Source: an uncultured Candidatus Saccharibacteria bacterium (GTDB taxonomy: Bacteria > Patescibacteriota > UBA1384 > XYA2-FULL-43-10 > 1-14-0-10-43-13). Taken from it: DNA of 32,000 bases. The stretch lies in the NCBI GenBank assembly GCA_964543385.1, contig CAZIYE010000001.1:639274-671273 (forward strand). Reading direction: 5' to 3'. The notes under the pieces were generated by a model. That model made no database searches. It was not told the origin of the DNA and was given only the letters and a program-made list of their open reading frames with translations. This document shows positions 7,380 through 16,462 of the stretch, in pieces; positions within the stretch are counted from its first letter, which is position 1; the number at the start of each line of letters is the position of its first letter. The position numbers were made by a program, and so were the translations under genes.

Positions 7380-8609
7380 ATGAAAAAAGATCAGACTTTT
7401 ATGATTATTAAAGAAAGAGTAAATCAGGTCGGAAATATTTTAAATCTTAGTGATAAAGAGATCAATCTGCTTCTATCTCCCAAGAGGATTGCAAAGGGTA
7501 ATCTAGTCGTTGAGGGTGAGAAAATCCCTGCTTGGCGGATTCTATATAATAATGCGCTTGGTCCTGGCAAAGGCGGAATTCGTTTCCATCCTGAGGCCAG
7601 TAAAGACGAAGTCGAATCGCTAGCCTTTTGGATGACTCTGAAGAATTCGCTTGTAGGATTACCATACGGTGGTGCTAAAGGTGGTGTAAGATTCAATCCA
7701 AAGGGTAAAAGTAAGGAATACTTAGAGAAGGTTAGCAGAGCTTATATCGATAAATTTTATCCTTTCTTGGGAGAAAATATTGATATTCCGGCCCCTGATG
7801 TTTATACAAATCCCCAGGTAATGGCTTGGATGCTCGATGAATATGAGAAAAAAGTTGGTCATCATGCGCCTGCCATGATTACGGGAAAGCCAATAGAACT
7901 TGGCGGACTTCAACTCCGAGCGGACTCTACGGCAAAAGGTGGCAAGATAATTTTAGAAGAAGTAATTCATCACGACGGGATTGGGAAGAATCCAACAATT
8001 GCTATACAGGGATTTGGAAATGCCGGTTATAATATTGCAAGGATGCTTGATAGTGATGAATTTAAAATCATTGCTGTAAGTGACAGCAAAGGTGGTATTT
8101 ATGATAAAAATGGTTTAGACATCAAACGGGTTTCTGAAATTAAAATAAAAACAGGTACAGTTACTAGCTATAAGGCGAAAAATATCTCAAACAATGATCT
8201 CTTGGAACTTCCTGTTGATATTCTAATATTAGCTGCTTTGGAAAATCAGATTACCAAGGAAAATGCTGGGAGAGTAAAAGCTAAATATATAATAGAGTTA
8301 GCAAACGGGCCAGTTGATTTCGAAGGAGATAAAATTCTGGACGAGAGAGGAATTATCGTTGTTCCGGACATATTGGCAAATGCCGGTGGCGTGATCGTTT
8401 CATATTTTGAGTGGGCTCAGAACAAAACTGGCAATATCATGGACCATGACTATCTTAGTCAAAAACTATTTTTAACCCTCGAGAGTGCCTGGCATCAAGT
8501 TTATGAGCTTTATAAAGATAATGAAGGCATAGATCTAAGGACCGCGGCATACATTATCGCTATAAAAAGAGTCCTAGAGGCCGAAAGATCAAGAGGCAAT
8601 TTAAAATAG
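7380..8609 (+). CDS. gdhA: Glutamate dehydrogenase (Glu/Leu/Phe/Val dehydrogenase family, 409 aa)
   Basis: AAGGAGG SD. GPGKGGIRFHP, LPYGGAKGG and the dinucleotide fold GFGNAG. Starts 8 nt after the arsR-like stop. Confidence 0.9.
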   Translation: MKKDQTFMIIKERVNQVGNILNLSDKEINLLLSPKRIAKGNLVVEGEKIPAWRILYNNALGPGKGGIRFHPEASKDEVESLAFWMTLKNSLVGLPYGGAKGGVRFNPKGKSKEYLEKVSRAYIDKFYPFLGENIDIPAPDVYTNPQVMAWMLDEYEKKVGHHAPAMITGKPIELGGLQLRADSTAKGGKIILEEVIHHDGIGKNPTIAIQGFGNAGYNIARMLDSDEFKIIAVSDSKGGIYDKNGLDIKRVSEIKIKTGTVTSYKAKNISNNDLLELPVDILILAALENQITKENAGRVKAKYIIELANGPVDFEGDKILDERGIIVVPDILANAGGVIVSYFEWAQNKTGNIMDHDYLSQKLFLTLESAWHQVYELYKDNEGIDLRTAAYIIAIKRVLEAERSRGNLK

Positions 8610-8616
8610 CTGGTAA

Positions 8617-8645
8617 TTGCTAAAAGAGACAGCGAACTATATAAT
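8617..8645 (+). promoter_or_regulatory. sigma70-type promoter TTGCTA-N17-TATAAT
   Basis: Hexamers and spacing read directly. Upstream of the 8682 gene. Confidence 0.55.
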
Positions 8646-8681
8646 TGTTGTATAAACATTAGCTTATTGACTTGGAGGGAA

Positions 8682-9557
8682 ATGAAGCCTATTTGGGTTG
8701 TTCTAATCACAGTTCTCGCGACTGCTGTTTTGGTCGGTGGTGGCACTTATTATTTTCTTAATCAAAAATTGGAAAAAGATAAGACTTCTTTACAAAAACA
8801 GATAGATGATTTAAAAGAGGTGACTGTAACTGCAGATACAGCAGATGCTGCTATTGTTGATACTACTTCCGCTCCAGTTGTCGATGTGACAGCTGATTGG
8901 AAAAACTTTACAGATAATACTCATTCGTTGAGTTTTAAATATCCAGCCACATGGGGGATGAAGTCCAGCCAAGATGCTAAGAAAAATGAAGAAGAAATGG
9001 TCTATGTCGATCAAAGCATAACAGTACTCAGTAATGGAAAAACTGAAGAAAATAGCAATATCGGTTTGACTTATACATATATTACCAATATATCTGACTA
9101 TGATAAGAACATCGTAGCGCATAACAAAGACATCGATGAGCTGCTAAGTGTATATAACAATAAAGAAGTTGGTGCTAATACTGCAAAAGAGAATATTTGG
9201 TTGCCATCTTCAAATGCGGCTATCATCGCAACTTCTAGTCCAGAGTATATAGAATCAAAGGACGGTACTTTTCGTGGGATTGTCTATTTCGCCAATATCG
9301 GCCAAGGTTTTAGTACGGGTTTGGATTGTGTAATAGTGATGACAAATGGCAAAAAAATATTCCAATTGCATTCTAGCGGAGGATCTGTAAAATCAGATTA
9401 TTATAAGGGGATATTCTCTGGCGATGCAGTAGTCTCTGAGAAGTTAATCCAAGAGTTTTTCACATATATTAAGACACTTACATCAAAGAATGTAGAGGAA
9501 ACAGTAATAAAAGATTACAACGATATCTATAAAAATATTGCTCTAAGCTTAAAATAA
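8682..9557 (+). CDS. N-terminally anchored hypothetical protein (291 aa), paralog of the next gene
   Basis: The ATG at 8682 is preferred over the track's TTG at 8667 because GGAGG sits 4 nt upstream. TM + coiled-coil (LQKQIDDLKE) + TADWKNFT...FKYPATW. Confidence 0.7.
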   Translation: MKPIWVVLITVLATAVLVGGGTYYFLNQKLEKDKTSLQKQIDDLKEVTVTADTADAAIVDTTSAPVVDVTADWKNFTDNTHSLSFKYPATWGMKSSQDAKKNEEEMVYVDQSITVLSNGKTEENSNIGLTYTYITNISDYDKNIVAHNKDIDELLSVYNNKEVGANTAKENIWLPSSNAAIIATSSPEYIESKDGTFRGIVYFANIGQGFSTGLDCVIVMTNGKKIFQLHSSGGSVKSDYYKGIFSGDAVVSEKLIQEFFTYIKTLTSKNVEETVIKDYNDIYKNIALSLK

Positions 9558-9581
9558 CAAAAGATAAAAAAAGGAAGTTAG

Positions 9582-10217
9582 ATGAAAACCTGGCTATTGG
9601 TGCTAATTACAGTCATAGTGACTGGTGGTGCCGTCGGAGGGGGAATTTACTATTATCTAGATCAGAATTCTGACAAAGATATCGCGGCTTTGCAAACACA
9701 GCTCGATGCGCTTAAAAAACCGGCTGCTACTACTGTTGTAGATTCAACTGCTGATTGGAAGACATATACGAGCACAAAATATGGTTTTTCTGCAAAATAT
9801 CCCAAGGACTGGACTGTTGTTGACTCTGCAGACAATAATGTTTCTTTCAGGAGTGCCGACACAGCCGCAAAGTTCAAAGAAATCGCCGACAGTAATATAG
9901 CCGTTGGTGGTCCAACGAGCGATATGGTAGTCGCCTATTATCCTACTATCAAAGATGCCGATGTAAATGCAGTCAAATCCGCCAAGACTATCGCAGATCT
10001 CGCAAACGATAAGGGTGCAGCTAGATCAGGCGCCACAAAAATTACGTTTGCTGGCGGCGAAGCTTACGAAGATATTATGGCAGGAATGACCTCAGTTTAT
10101 GAGATATTGGCAGGGAACAATAATCATGTTTATAGTTTGACTTTTAACGTCGAAACAAAAGCCGAATTGACAGCAACACAGAAATTGATTATTTCTAACT
10201 TCACTTTCACTAAATAG
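9582..10217 (+). CDS. N-terminally anchored hypothetical protein (211 aa), paralog of the previous gene
   Basis: AAGGAAG SD. Same layout: TM, LQTQLDALKK, TADWKTYT...AKYPKDW. Confidence 0.7.
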   Translation: MKTWLLVLITVIVTGGAVGGGIYYYLDQNSDKDIAALQTQLDALKKPAATTVVDSTADWKTYTSTKYGFSAKYPKDWTVVDSADNNVSFRSADTAAKFKEIADSNIAVGGPTSDMVVAYYPTIKDADVNAVKSAKTIADLANDKGAARSGATKITFAGGEAYEDIMAGMTSVYEILAGNNNHVYSLTFNVETKAELTATQKLIISNFTFTK

Positions 10218-10233
10218 CTGATCCAAAATATAT

Positions 10234-10268
10234 AAAAAGCGCCCGAGCTTTGAAGGGCGCTTTTTATA
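10234..10268. terminator. Rho-independent terminator
   Basis: aaaaagcgccc / gggcgcttttt stem with flanking A- and T-runs. Confidence 0.85.
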
Positions 10269-10385
10269 ATCAGTTGAATTACTGTTTACTTTCAACTTGG
10301 CAAATCACATGGAATGCCCATACTATTATGATACCTGTTATAATGTAGTTGATTAATGTTGCCATAATCAAAATATAATTCTTAG

Positions 10386-10805
10386 TTATTTTTCTTTCTC
10401 GGTTTCTTCATCTTCTTCTGTTGATTTTTCAATCTCTTCTTCCTCGATTGCACTGCGGCATATATCGGCGCAGTTACGGCAAACAAGAGCACAGTTTTTC
10501 ATGTGTTCATCATTAAATAATGTTTTACAGGATTCGGCGCAGTCATCACATATAAAAGCACAAATACTGAGGAGATCACCGGCATACTCTGAACCACGAA
10601 TTACAAAGTTTTCTGCTACGATACATATCTCTGCGCAATCCAAGAGCCAAAGAACATGCTCTTTTTTGGCAAAGTCTCCACCTTCGTCCAAGGAGTGCAT
10701 TACTCCCTCTAAACAACTTTCATGGCATTGCGCTAGATTTGCCAGCAAACTCCTATCTTCAGCATCAATTTCCATGTCATTTGCATCCATTTTTTCTTTT
10801 TCCAT
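10386..10805 (-). CDS. Cys-rich four-helix-bundle protein (DUF326 / Csp3-like copper-binding family), 139 aa with acidic tails
   Basis: 12 Cys in repeated CxxxC spacing (CHESC, CAEIC, CAFICDDCAESC, CALVCRNCADIC). Asp/Glu-rich N- and C-termini. Confidence 0.7.
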   Translation of the reverse strand: MEKEKMDANDMEIDAEDRSLLANLAQCHESCLEGVMHSLDEGGDFAKKEHVLWLLDCAEICIVAENFVIRGSEYAGDLLSICAFICDDCAESCKTLFNDEHMKNCALVCRNCADICRSAIEEEEIEKSTEEDEETEKEK

Positions 10806-10946
10806 ATTTCTCCTTGTGATAATTATCTCGATTGACTCTTAATTTACCGAAGAATATCGATAGCAAATATATAAGAAAATCTAGAAATTAGGCATTTATG
10901 GAGCAAAAAGTCATAGGAAAGTTAGAAGTAAAAGTATTCGCAAACA

Positions 10947-11363
10947 GTGACCATAATAAATATGCAAAGTATATTTGAGACACTTCAAGATTCTTTAGAT
11001 TTCAATCAGCTCCTAAAAGCCATCAATGAAACAAATTACTGGGAGATTTTTAATGGTAAGGGGCCCTTTACTCTTTTTGCACCAAATGATGAAGCTTTTG
11101 AAAATCTACCAGATAATCATTTCACTAAACTTTTTTGGAATAAGAGCAACCTAGCAGATATTATCAGTCAGCATGTAGTGATCGGGAGGTTGAAGGTTAC
11201 TGATCTCCTCAAAATGGATGAGGTTTCAAATTTAAACAATAGAACTCTGGCTACCGAGAGATATAACGAAGGTTTTATCGTTGGCGGGGCCAAAATAATT
11301 AGAGGAGATATAGAATGCCTAAATGGCATCATTCATGAAATTGATTTAGTGCTAATGCCCTAA
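10947..11363 (+). CDS. Fasciclin (FAS1) domain protein; start uncertain (GTG 10947 or ATG 10962)
   Basis: FTLFAPNDEAFENLP and NGIIHEIDLVLMP are typical FAS1 motifs. Neither start gives a signal peptide. Confidence 0.8.
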   Translation: MTIINMQSIFETLQDSLDFNQLLKAINETNYWEIFNGKGPFTLFAPNDEAFENLPDNHFTKLFWNKSNLADIISQHVVIGRLKVTDLLKMDEVSNLNNRTLATERYNEGFIVGGAKIIRGDIECLNGIIHEIDLVLMP

Positions 11364-11406
11364 CCGTTTGGAGTTGAAGGTTTTCATTGGTATAATCTAA
11401 GACAAG

Positions 11407-11892
11407 ATGGAAATCATTGTCTTTATTTTTTTACTGATAGTATTGCTTATTGGCTTTTTGGGGATAATGTTTCCTGTCCTCCCAGGATTGCCTTTTATGT
11501 TTTGTGCGGTTTTGGTTTATGCAATATTTGATCATTTCAATCATGTTTCTGGCAATGAATTAATTATACTCGGAATATTCGCAGCAATTTCTCTTCTTGT
11601 TGATTATTTAGCAGGTGCCTTAGGGGCAAAAATGTTTGGTGCTTCAGCTAAAGGTACAGTAGGTGGTATAGTCGGGTCTATTATCGGCTTGTTGCTCTTC
11701 CCGCCGTTAGGAATATTCATCGGTCTTGCTTTGGGCGTCCTTATTACGGAACTAGTATTCGCTAAGAAAACTATTAAAGAGTCGACAAAAATCACTACAG
11801 GAGCGCTATTGGGAGCACTAGCTGGAATAGTGATTAATCTTATTGTAGGCTTAGCTTTTCTAATTACATTCATAATCTCTTATTGGAACTAA
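11407..11892 (+). CDS. DUF456-family membrane protein (161 aa)
   Basis: Four hydrophobic segments; LPGLPFMF and Gly-rich helices are typical of DUF456. TGgTATAAT lies only about 10 nt upstream. Confidence 0.65.
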   Translation: MEIIVFIFLLIVLLIGFLGIMFPVLPGLPFMFCAVLVYAIFDHFNHVSGNELIILGIFAAISLLVDYLAGALGAKMFGASAKGTVGGIVGSIIGLLLFPPLGIFIGLALGVLITELVFAKKTIKESTKITTGALLGALAGIVINLIVGLAFLITFIISYWN

Positions 11893-13782
11893 ATGAATTT
11901 CAAGAAAGAAAAAGTTATTTTCGCAATTTCGGGTGTTGCCGGTGCTGGCAAAGATACTTTACTCGATTTTTTGCGAGAAAAGGGTTGTGCTATTTCCGTT
12001 TCTTATACCGATAGGCAAGCGAGAGAAGGAGAAATCGACGGCAAATCTTACAACTTTATTTCTGAAGAAGAATTTACAAAAGCAGTCGAAAACGGTGAAT
12101 TCATAGAGTGGGAGAGAACAAGAGGGGAAATCCGTTACGGCAAGATGAAAAGTGAATTTGAATCTGCCTTAAATTCCGGTAAGACTTCGGTAATGCAAAT
12201 AGATGTTCTGGGAGCCCAAAAATTCAAAAAGATGGGCTATGAGATAGTAACCATTTTTGTTATTCCTCCAAGTCTGGAAGAGGCGATGAATCGTTTAAAA
12301 GTTCGAAACACTGATACAGAAGATCAGCTAAAAATCAGAGTTGAACGTTATGAGCTCGAAATGTCTTACAAAGATAAATATGATCATGTTGTTGTAAATG
12401 ATGATTTGGAAAAAGCAAAACAAGAGATTTTGGATATAGTAGAAAAAGAGTCAAAGAAATTTGAAAAGAAAAAGAGACTGACCGAGATTGTTAGAAACTC
12501 TTATGTAATTCTCTCTTTATTTGCAGTGATTGGATTTGGTTTTTTTCAGTCTTATCAATATGAGAAGACTTCTATTACAAAAAGACTGACGACGCTGCAG
12601 GTCGAACCCCCTAAAGAAGAAGTAAATAACGTAGTGGAAACCCCTCCGGAGGAAATAAAAAAAGAAACTCCAGTAGTGATAACTCCGGTAGTAAAGCCGC
12701 CGTCAAAAGAAGTCAAAAAGAAAATTGCAGCTAGTCCCCCCAAATATACGCCACCGCCACAAAATGTTGTAGGTGAGACTAAAACAAATAGTGATGGATC
12801 TACAACGACGGCTGTATCGACAGGCGGTGAAGTCAATGACTCTGATCTCCAAAAAATTGCCCAGTCAGAAGTCCAAGCTAGTACGCCTCTAGATATTCCT
12901 TATAACGACGAGACCACTAGATTTGCCGATCTAAAACCTATTCTATTGAACTACATGAATTCTGTTTTGAAGTGGAAGGACGAGGTCAAGGAGCTAAAGG
13001 AAATAGCCATAAGAGATGCAGGAGCTAGTGGCTGGCTTGGCGTTTACCAAGGTAATTACATCCAGGAGGCTGATGATGGCAAGATTAGTGGTTCCGGAAT
13101 GATAGTCATAAATACTTACTATATAGAAAGAGATTATTGTGCCGGAGACCGTGATTTTGATGGATGCGAGGGGGAATATGCAAAATATATTCTAGCTCAT
13201 GAATATGGTCATCACTACACGATATACCACAAACTTGTAGATTGGGGATTACTGCCAAATGAACGTTTTCCTGACAGTTATTATAATACTAGACCTTTGA
13301 GCAAAACTTCGACTGCGACAGACTACTCTTTGGGTTGGCAAAATTGCGAAGCAGAAATTATAGCCGAGGATTATTCATATTTTTATTCAGGTTATGGTCT
13401 GCATCGCATGTCTGGTACATATGGCAATCCATCTCTACTTACAAAAAATTGGCTTGACAATATCGGTAGTCCTGCGCCAACATTTACTATCATCTCTCCT
13501 GAAGGCGGTGCTAATCTGGCTGGCAATATAACGTTAAAAATTGAGGCGGCTAGCAACTCCGCTATACAAAACGTCTTATTTTATATTGGTGATAATCTGA
13601 TAAGTCTTCCTGATAATAAGTCCCTTGAAATAATAATTGACACAACCGCTTATGCTAATGGTGGGTACGTCCTTAAAGCTGTTGTCGATAACGGAATCTT
13701 ATCCACAACAAAAGAAATAAATGTGACTATCTATAATGTTCCTCCTGCTGAAACTCCGCCGCCTACTACAGAGATACCTTGA
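11893..13782 (+). CDS. Fusion protein: N-terminal guanylate-kinase-like domain, TM helix, Pro-rich linker, HExxH (zinc-peptidase-like) domain, C-terminal Ig-like domain (629 aa)
   Basis: P-loop GVAGAGKDT, SYTDRQAREGEIDGKSYNFISEEEF, FIEWE...YGK and IFVIPPSLEEAMNRLKVR match the Gmk pattern. TM YVILSLFAVIGFGFFQSY. PPKYTPPPQ linker, AHEYGHH motif. The ATG abuts the DUF456 stop. Confidence 0.75.
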   Translation: MNFKKEKVIFAISGVAGAGKDTLLDFLREKGCAISVSYTDRQAREGEIDGKSYNFISEEEFTKAVENGEFIEWERTRGEIRYGKMKSEFESALNSGKTSVMQIDVLGAQKFKKMGYEIVTIFVIPPSLEEAMNRLKVRNTDTEDQLKIRVERYELEMSYKDKYDHVVVNDDLEKAKQEILDIVEKESKKFEKKKRLTEIVRNSYVILSLFAVIGFGFFQSYQYEKTSITKRLTTLQVEPPKEEVNNVVETPPEEIKKETPVVITPVVKPPSKEVKKKIAASPPKYTPPPQNVVGETKTNSDGSTTTAVSTGGEVNDSDLQKIAQSEVQASTPLDIPYNDETTRFADLKPILLNYMNSVLKWKDEVKELKEIAIRDAGASGWLGVYQGNYIQEADDGKISGSGMIVINTYYIERDYCAGDRDFDGCEGEYAKYILAHEYGHHYTIYHKLVDWGLLPNERFPDSYYNTRPLSKTSTATDYSLGWQNCEAEIIAEDYSYFYSGYGLHRMSGTYGNPSLLTKNWLDNIGSPAPTFTIISPEGGANLAGNITLKIEAASNSAIQNVLFYIGDNLISLPDNKSLEIIIDTTAYANGGYVLKAVVDNGILSTTKEINVTIYNVPPAETPPPTTEIP

Positions 13783-13890
13783 TGGGCTGGATAAAAAAAG
13801 TAAGCATATAAGAAATATATGTTTATAAATAATAAAGAAACTATCTCCTAGACTAGCAATATCAAGTTGTTGATAAATAAAGTTCTCTAA

Positions 13891-13939
13891 CCACTACATA
13901 TAGTGTTTTAGTCTACCACTTTGCCACTACATATAGTGG
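13891..13939 (+). promoter_or_regulatory. Two NrdR boxes (CCACTACATATAGTGT and CCACTACATATAGTGG), 33 nt start to start
   Basis: Both are 16-nt palindromic sites resembling the published NrdR box (acaCwAtATaTwgtgt). They lie upstream of nrdD. Confidence 0.75.
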
Positions 13940-14125
13940 TTAATTCTTTTGAAACTATTGACCGAACAAATGGCGAATAGTAACATATTAATTACCGAAA
14001 AAATGTTGTTAAGCTGTTCAATCAGCGGTGAGAAAGCGTTAAGAATTGGCCGTTCTAACCAAATTTTCTCTCCCTGATGAATGACCGGTAACAACTGGTA
14101 ATTATTAAAAATCTGGAGGGCCTAA

Positions 14126-16378
14126 ATGTTCACAAAAATTAGAAAAAGAAATGGTAAAATAGTTGAATTCAGCGTCGACAAAATTGCAAAAGCTATTGCA
14201 AAAGCTGGTGCATCAACTGGCGAATTCGATGAAGATGTAGCTAAAAAATTGGCAGAGAAAGTTGCTAATGAGGCACCCGCAAAAGTTCATCGAAAAATCC
14301 CAACTGTTGAAGAAATGCAGGACGTTGTCGAGGATGTATTACTCTCTTCTAAATATAAAAAGACCGCCAAGGGATATATCGTTTATAGAGAAAAACATGC
14401 GGAAATGCGCGAACTAGCTGAATCTCAACGTGTAGATCTGATGGACCAATATCTAGGCAATCTCGACTGGCAGGTCAAAGAAAATTCAAACATGGCCTAC
14501 TCATTACAGGGTTTGAACAACTATGTCGCCTCTGAAATCTCCAAGAGTTATTGGCTTCATAAAGTATATCCTGAAGAGGTTGCACGAGCCAATTCCGAAG
14601 GTGATATGCATATTCATGATCTTGATAAATTGTCCACCTATTGTGTTGGTTGGGATCTCCAGGATCTTCTAAGAGAAGGTTTCAAGGGTGCAGAAGGTAA
14701 GATCGAATCTAGCCCAGCAAAACATTTAAAAACTGCACTAGGTCAATTGGTCAACTTCTTTTATACCCTTCAGGGCGAATCAGCCGGTGCTCAAGCTGTT
14801 TCTAGCTTTGATACTCTTATGGCTCCATTTATCCGTTATGACAATCTCAGCAAAGAAGAAGTCAAGCAAGCCCTCCAAGAGTTCATGTTCAATATGAATG
14901 TCCCTACCAGAGTTGGTTTTCAGACTCCATTTACAAACGTAACAATGGATTTGGTCTGCCCTTCGACTATTGCAGATGAGCCTGTTATCATCGGCGGTAA
15001 ACCTCAGAAGGAAACTTACAAAGAGTTTCAAAAAGAGATGAATATCTTCAATCAAGCATTTACTGAAGTTATCTCTGCTGGTGATGCTCGAGGTCGCGTC
15101 TTTACTTTCCCAATCCCAACTTACAATATTACCAAGGATTTTGATTGGAACAATAAAGAAATTGATGGTCTCTGGGAAATGACCGCCAAATATGGTATCC
15201 CTTATTTCTCAAACTTTGTGAATTCCGATATGAGCCCAGATGATGCTAGAAGTATGTGTTGCAGACTTCGTCTCGACAATAGAGAGCTTCGAAAACGTGG
15301 CGGTGGTTTATTTGGCGCAAATCCGCTCACTGGTTCAGTCGGCGTAGTTACTATTAACTTACCTCGTCTTGGCTATCGTTCACGAGACAAAAGAGAGTTC
15401 CTTTTTAATCTTTCCTACGTCATGGATCTTGCCAAAGATTCCTTGGAGATGAAGAGAAAAGTTCTAGAGAATATGACTGAGTCAGGACTGTATCCTTATA
15501 CTAAATTCTATCTTAGAAATATTAAGGCACGTGACGGCAGATATTGGGGTAATCACTTCTCGACTATTGGGCTTCTTGGTATGAATGAAGCGGCGCTTAA
15601 CTTGATCGGTCGTGATATTGCTACTGCTGATGGTCTACAATTCGCCAAAGAGGTTCTCGAGTTCATGAGAGAGCGCATGGCAAAGTATCAGGAAGAGACA
15701 GGCAACTACTATAATCTTGAAGCAACCCCTGCCGAAGGCACCTCATTCCGTTTGGCTCTAAAAGATAAAGAGCGATATCCGGAAATCATGGTTGCTAATG
15801 AAAGCTCTTATCGAGAAAACAACGTCCCACCTTATTATACTAACTCCTCTCATATCCCTGTTGATTACACCGATGACGCCTTCGAACTTTTGGATCTTCA
15901 GGACGATCTTCAGACCAAATACACTGGCGGCACGGTCATACACACCTTTGTCGGCGAGGAAATAAAAGATGTCGAATCAGTCAAAGCTTTCGTCAAAACA
16001 GTCTGTCAGAACTACCGCTTACCATACTTTACCATCACTCCAACATTTTCGGTCTGCCCACAACATGGCTATATTGCTGGCAAACATATGACTTGCGACA
16101 AATGTGGCTCAAAAAACGAAGTGTATTCCAGAATAGTTGGCTATATTCGCCCAATCCAGCAGTGGAATGCAGGCAAACGCGCTGAGTTTGAAGACAGAAA
16201 TACTTACAATATCAGCAAGAAAAAGTGTGTAAAAACCGAAGATGAATTCGAGACAAAGAAGATGCCTTTTGCAGAAACACTCGAATCGACGGTTGAAAAA
16301 GCTACTGAAAAAATCAGAAATAAAGTATTGGCTACTGCGGAGGTGGGAGTCGAGACTGAACAAGGGGCGCTGGTTTAA
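14126..16378 (+). CDS. nrdD: Anaerobic (class III) ribonucleoside-triphosphate reductase (750 aa)
   Basis: N-terminal ATP-cone (KRNGKIVEFSVDKIAKAI), active-site MCCRLRLD, Zn ribbon CPQHG...CDKCG, glycyl-radical motif SRIVGYIRP...WNAGK. A charged tail of about 45 aa follows the usual end. Confidence 0.95.
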   Translation: MFTKIRKRNGKIVEFSVDKIAKAIAKAGASTGEFDEDVAKKLAEKVANEAPAKVHRKIPTVEEMQDVVEDVLLSSKYKKTAKGYIVYREKHAEMRELAESQRVDLMDQYLGNLDWQVKENSNMAYSLQGLNNYVASEISKSYWLHKVYPEEVARANSEGDMHIHDLDKLSTYCVGWDLQDLLREGFKGAEGKIESSPAKHLKTALGQLVNFFYTLQGESAGAQAVSSFDTLMAPFIRYDNLSKEEVKQALQEFMFNMNVPTRVGFQTPFTNVTMDLVCPSTIADEPVIIGGKPQKETYKEFQKEMNIFNQAFTEVISAGDARGRVFTFPIPTYNITKDFDWNNKEIDGLWEMTAKYGIPYFSNFVNSDMSPDDARSMCCRLRLDNRELRKRGGGLFGANPLTGSVGVVTINLPRLGYRSRDKREFLFNLSYVMDLAKDSLEMKRKVLENMTESGLYPYTKFYLRNIKARDGRYWGNHFSTIGLLGMNEAALNLIGRDIATADGLQFAKEVLEFMRERMAKYQEETGNYYNLEATPAEGTSFRLALKDKERYPEIMVANESSYRENNVPPYYTNSSHIPVDYTDDAFELLDLQDDLQTKYTGGTVIHTFVGEEIKDVESVKAFVKTVCQNYRLPYFTITPTFSVCPQHGYIAGKHMTCDKCGSKNEVYSRIVGYIRPIQQWNAGKRAEFEDRNTYNISKKKCVKTEDEFETKKMPFAETLESTVEKATEKIRNKVLATAEVGVETEQGALV

Positions 16379-16393
16379 TCCCCATTTGATATT

Positions 16394-16440
16394 TCGAACA
16401 TATTGTTCGAGCGTAAGCGAGAACTGTCAGCAGTTCTCGC
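16394..16440 (+). promoter_or_regulatory. Two consecutive perfect hairpins in the nrdD-nrdG spacer
   Basis: tcgaaca-tat-tgttcga (16394-16410) and gcgagaactg-tcag-cagttctcgc (16417-16440). No clean T-run follows, so this is more likely an attenuator or stabiliser than a full terminator. Confidence 0.5.
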
Positions 16441-16462
16441 TTCGTTTAAACAAAAGGACCAA

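Noticed and set aside
10279-10365. 28-codon hydrophobic minus-strand ORF (MATLINYIITGIIIVWAFHVICQVESKQ) downstream of the DUF326 gene
   Set aside because: It has no Shine-Dalgarno or promoter and is very short, so it is indistinguishable from chance in AT-rich DNA.
16403-16462. Upstream extension of nrdG
   Set aside because: It starts at a TTG inside the first intergenic hairpin. The canonical NrdG N-terminus and SD are at 16463.
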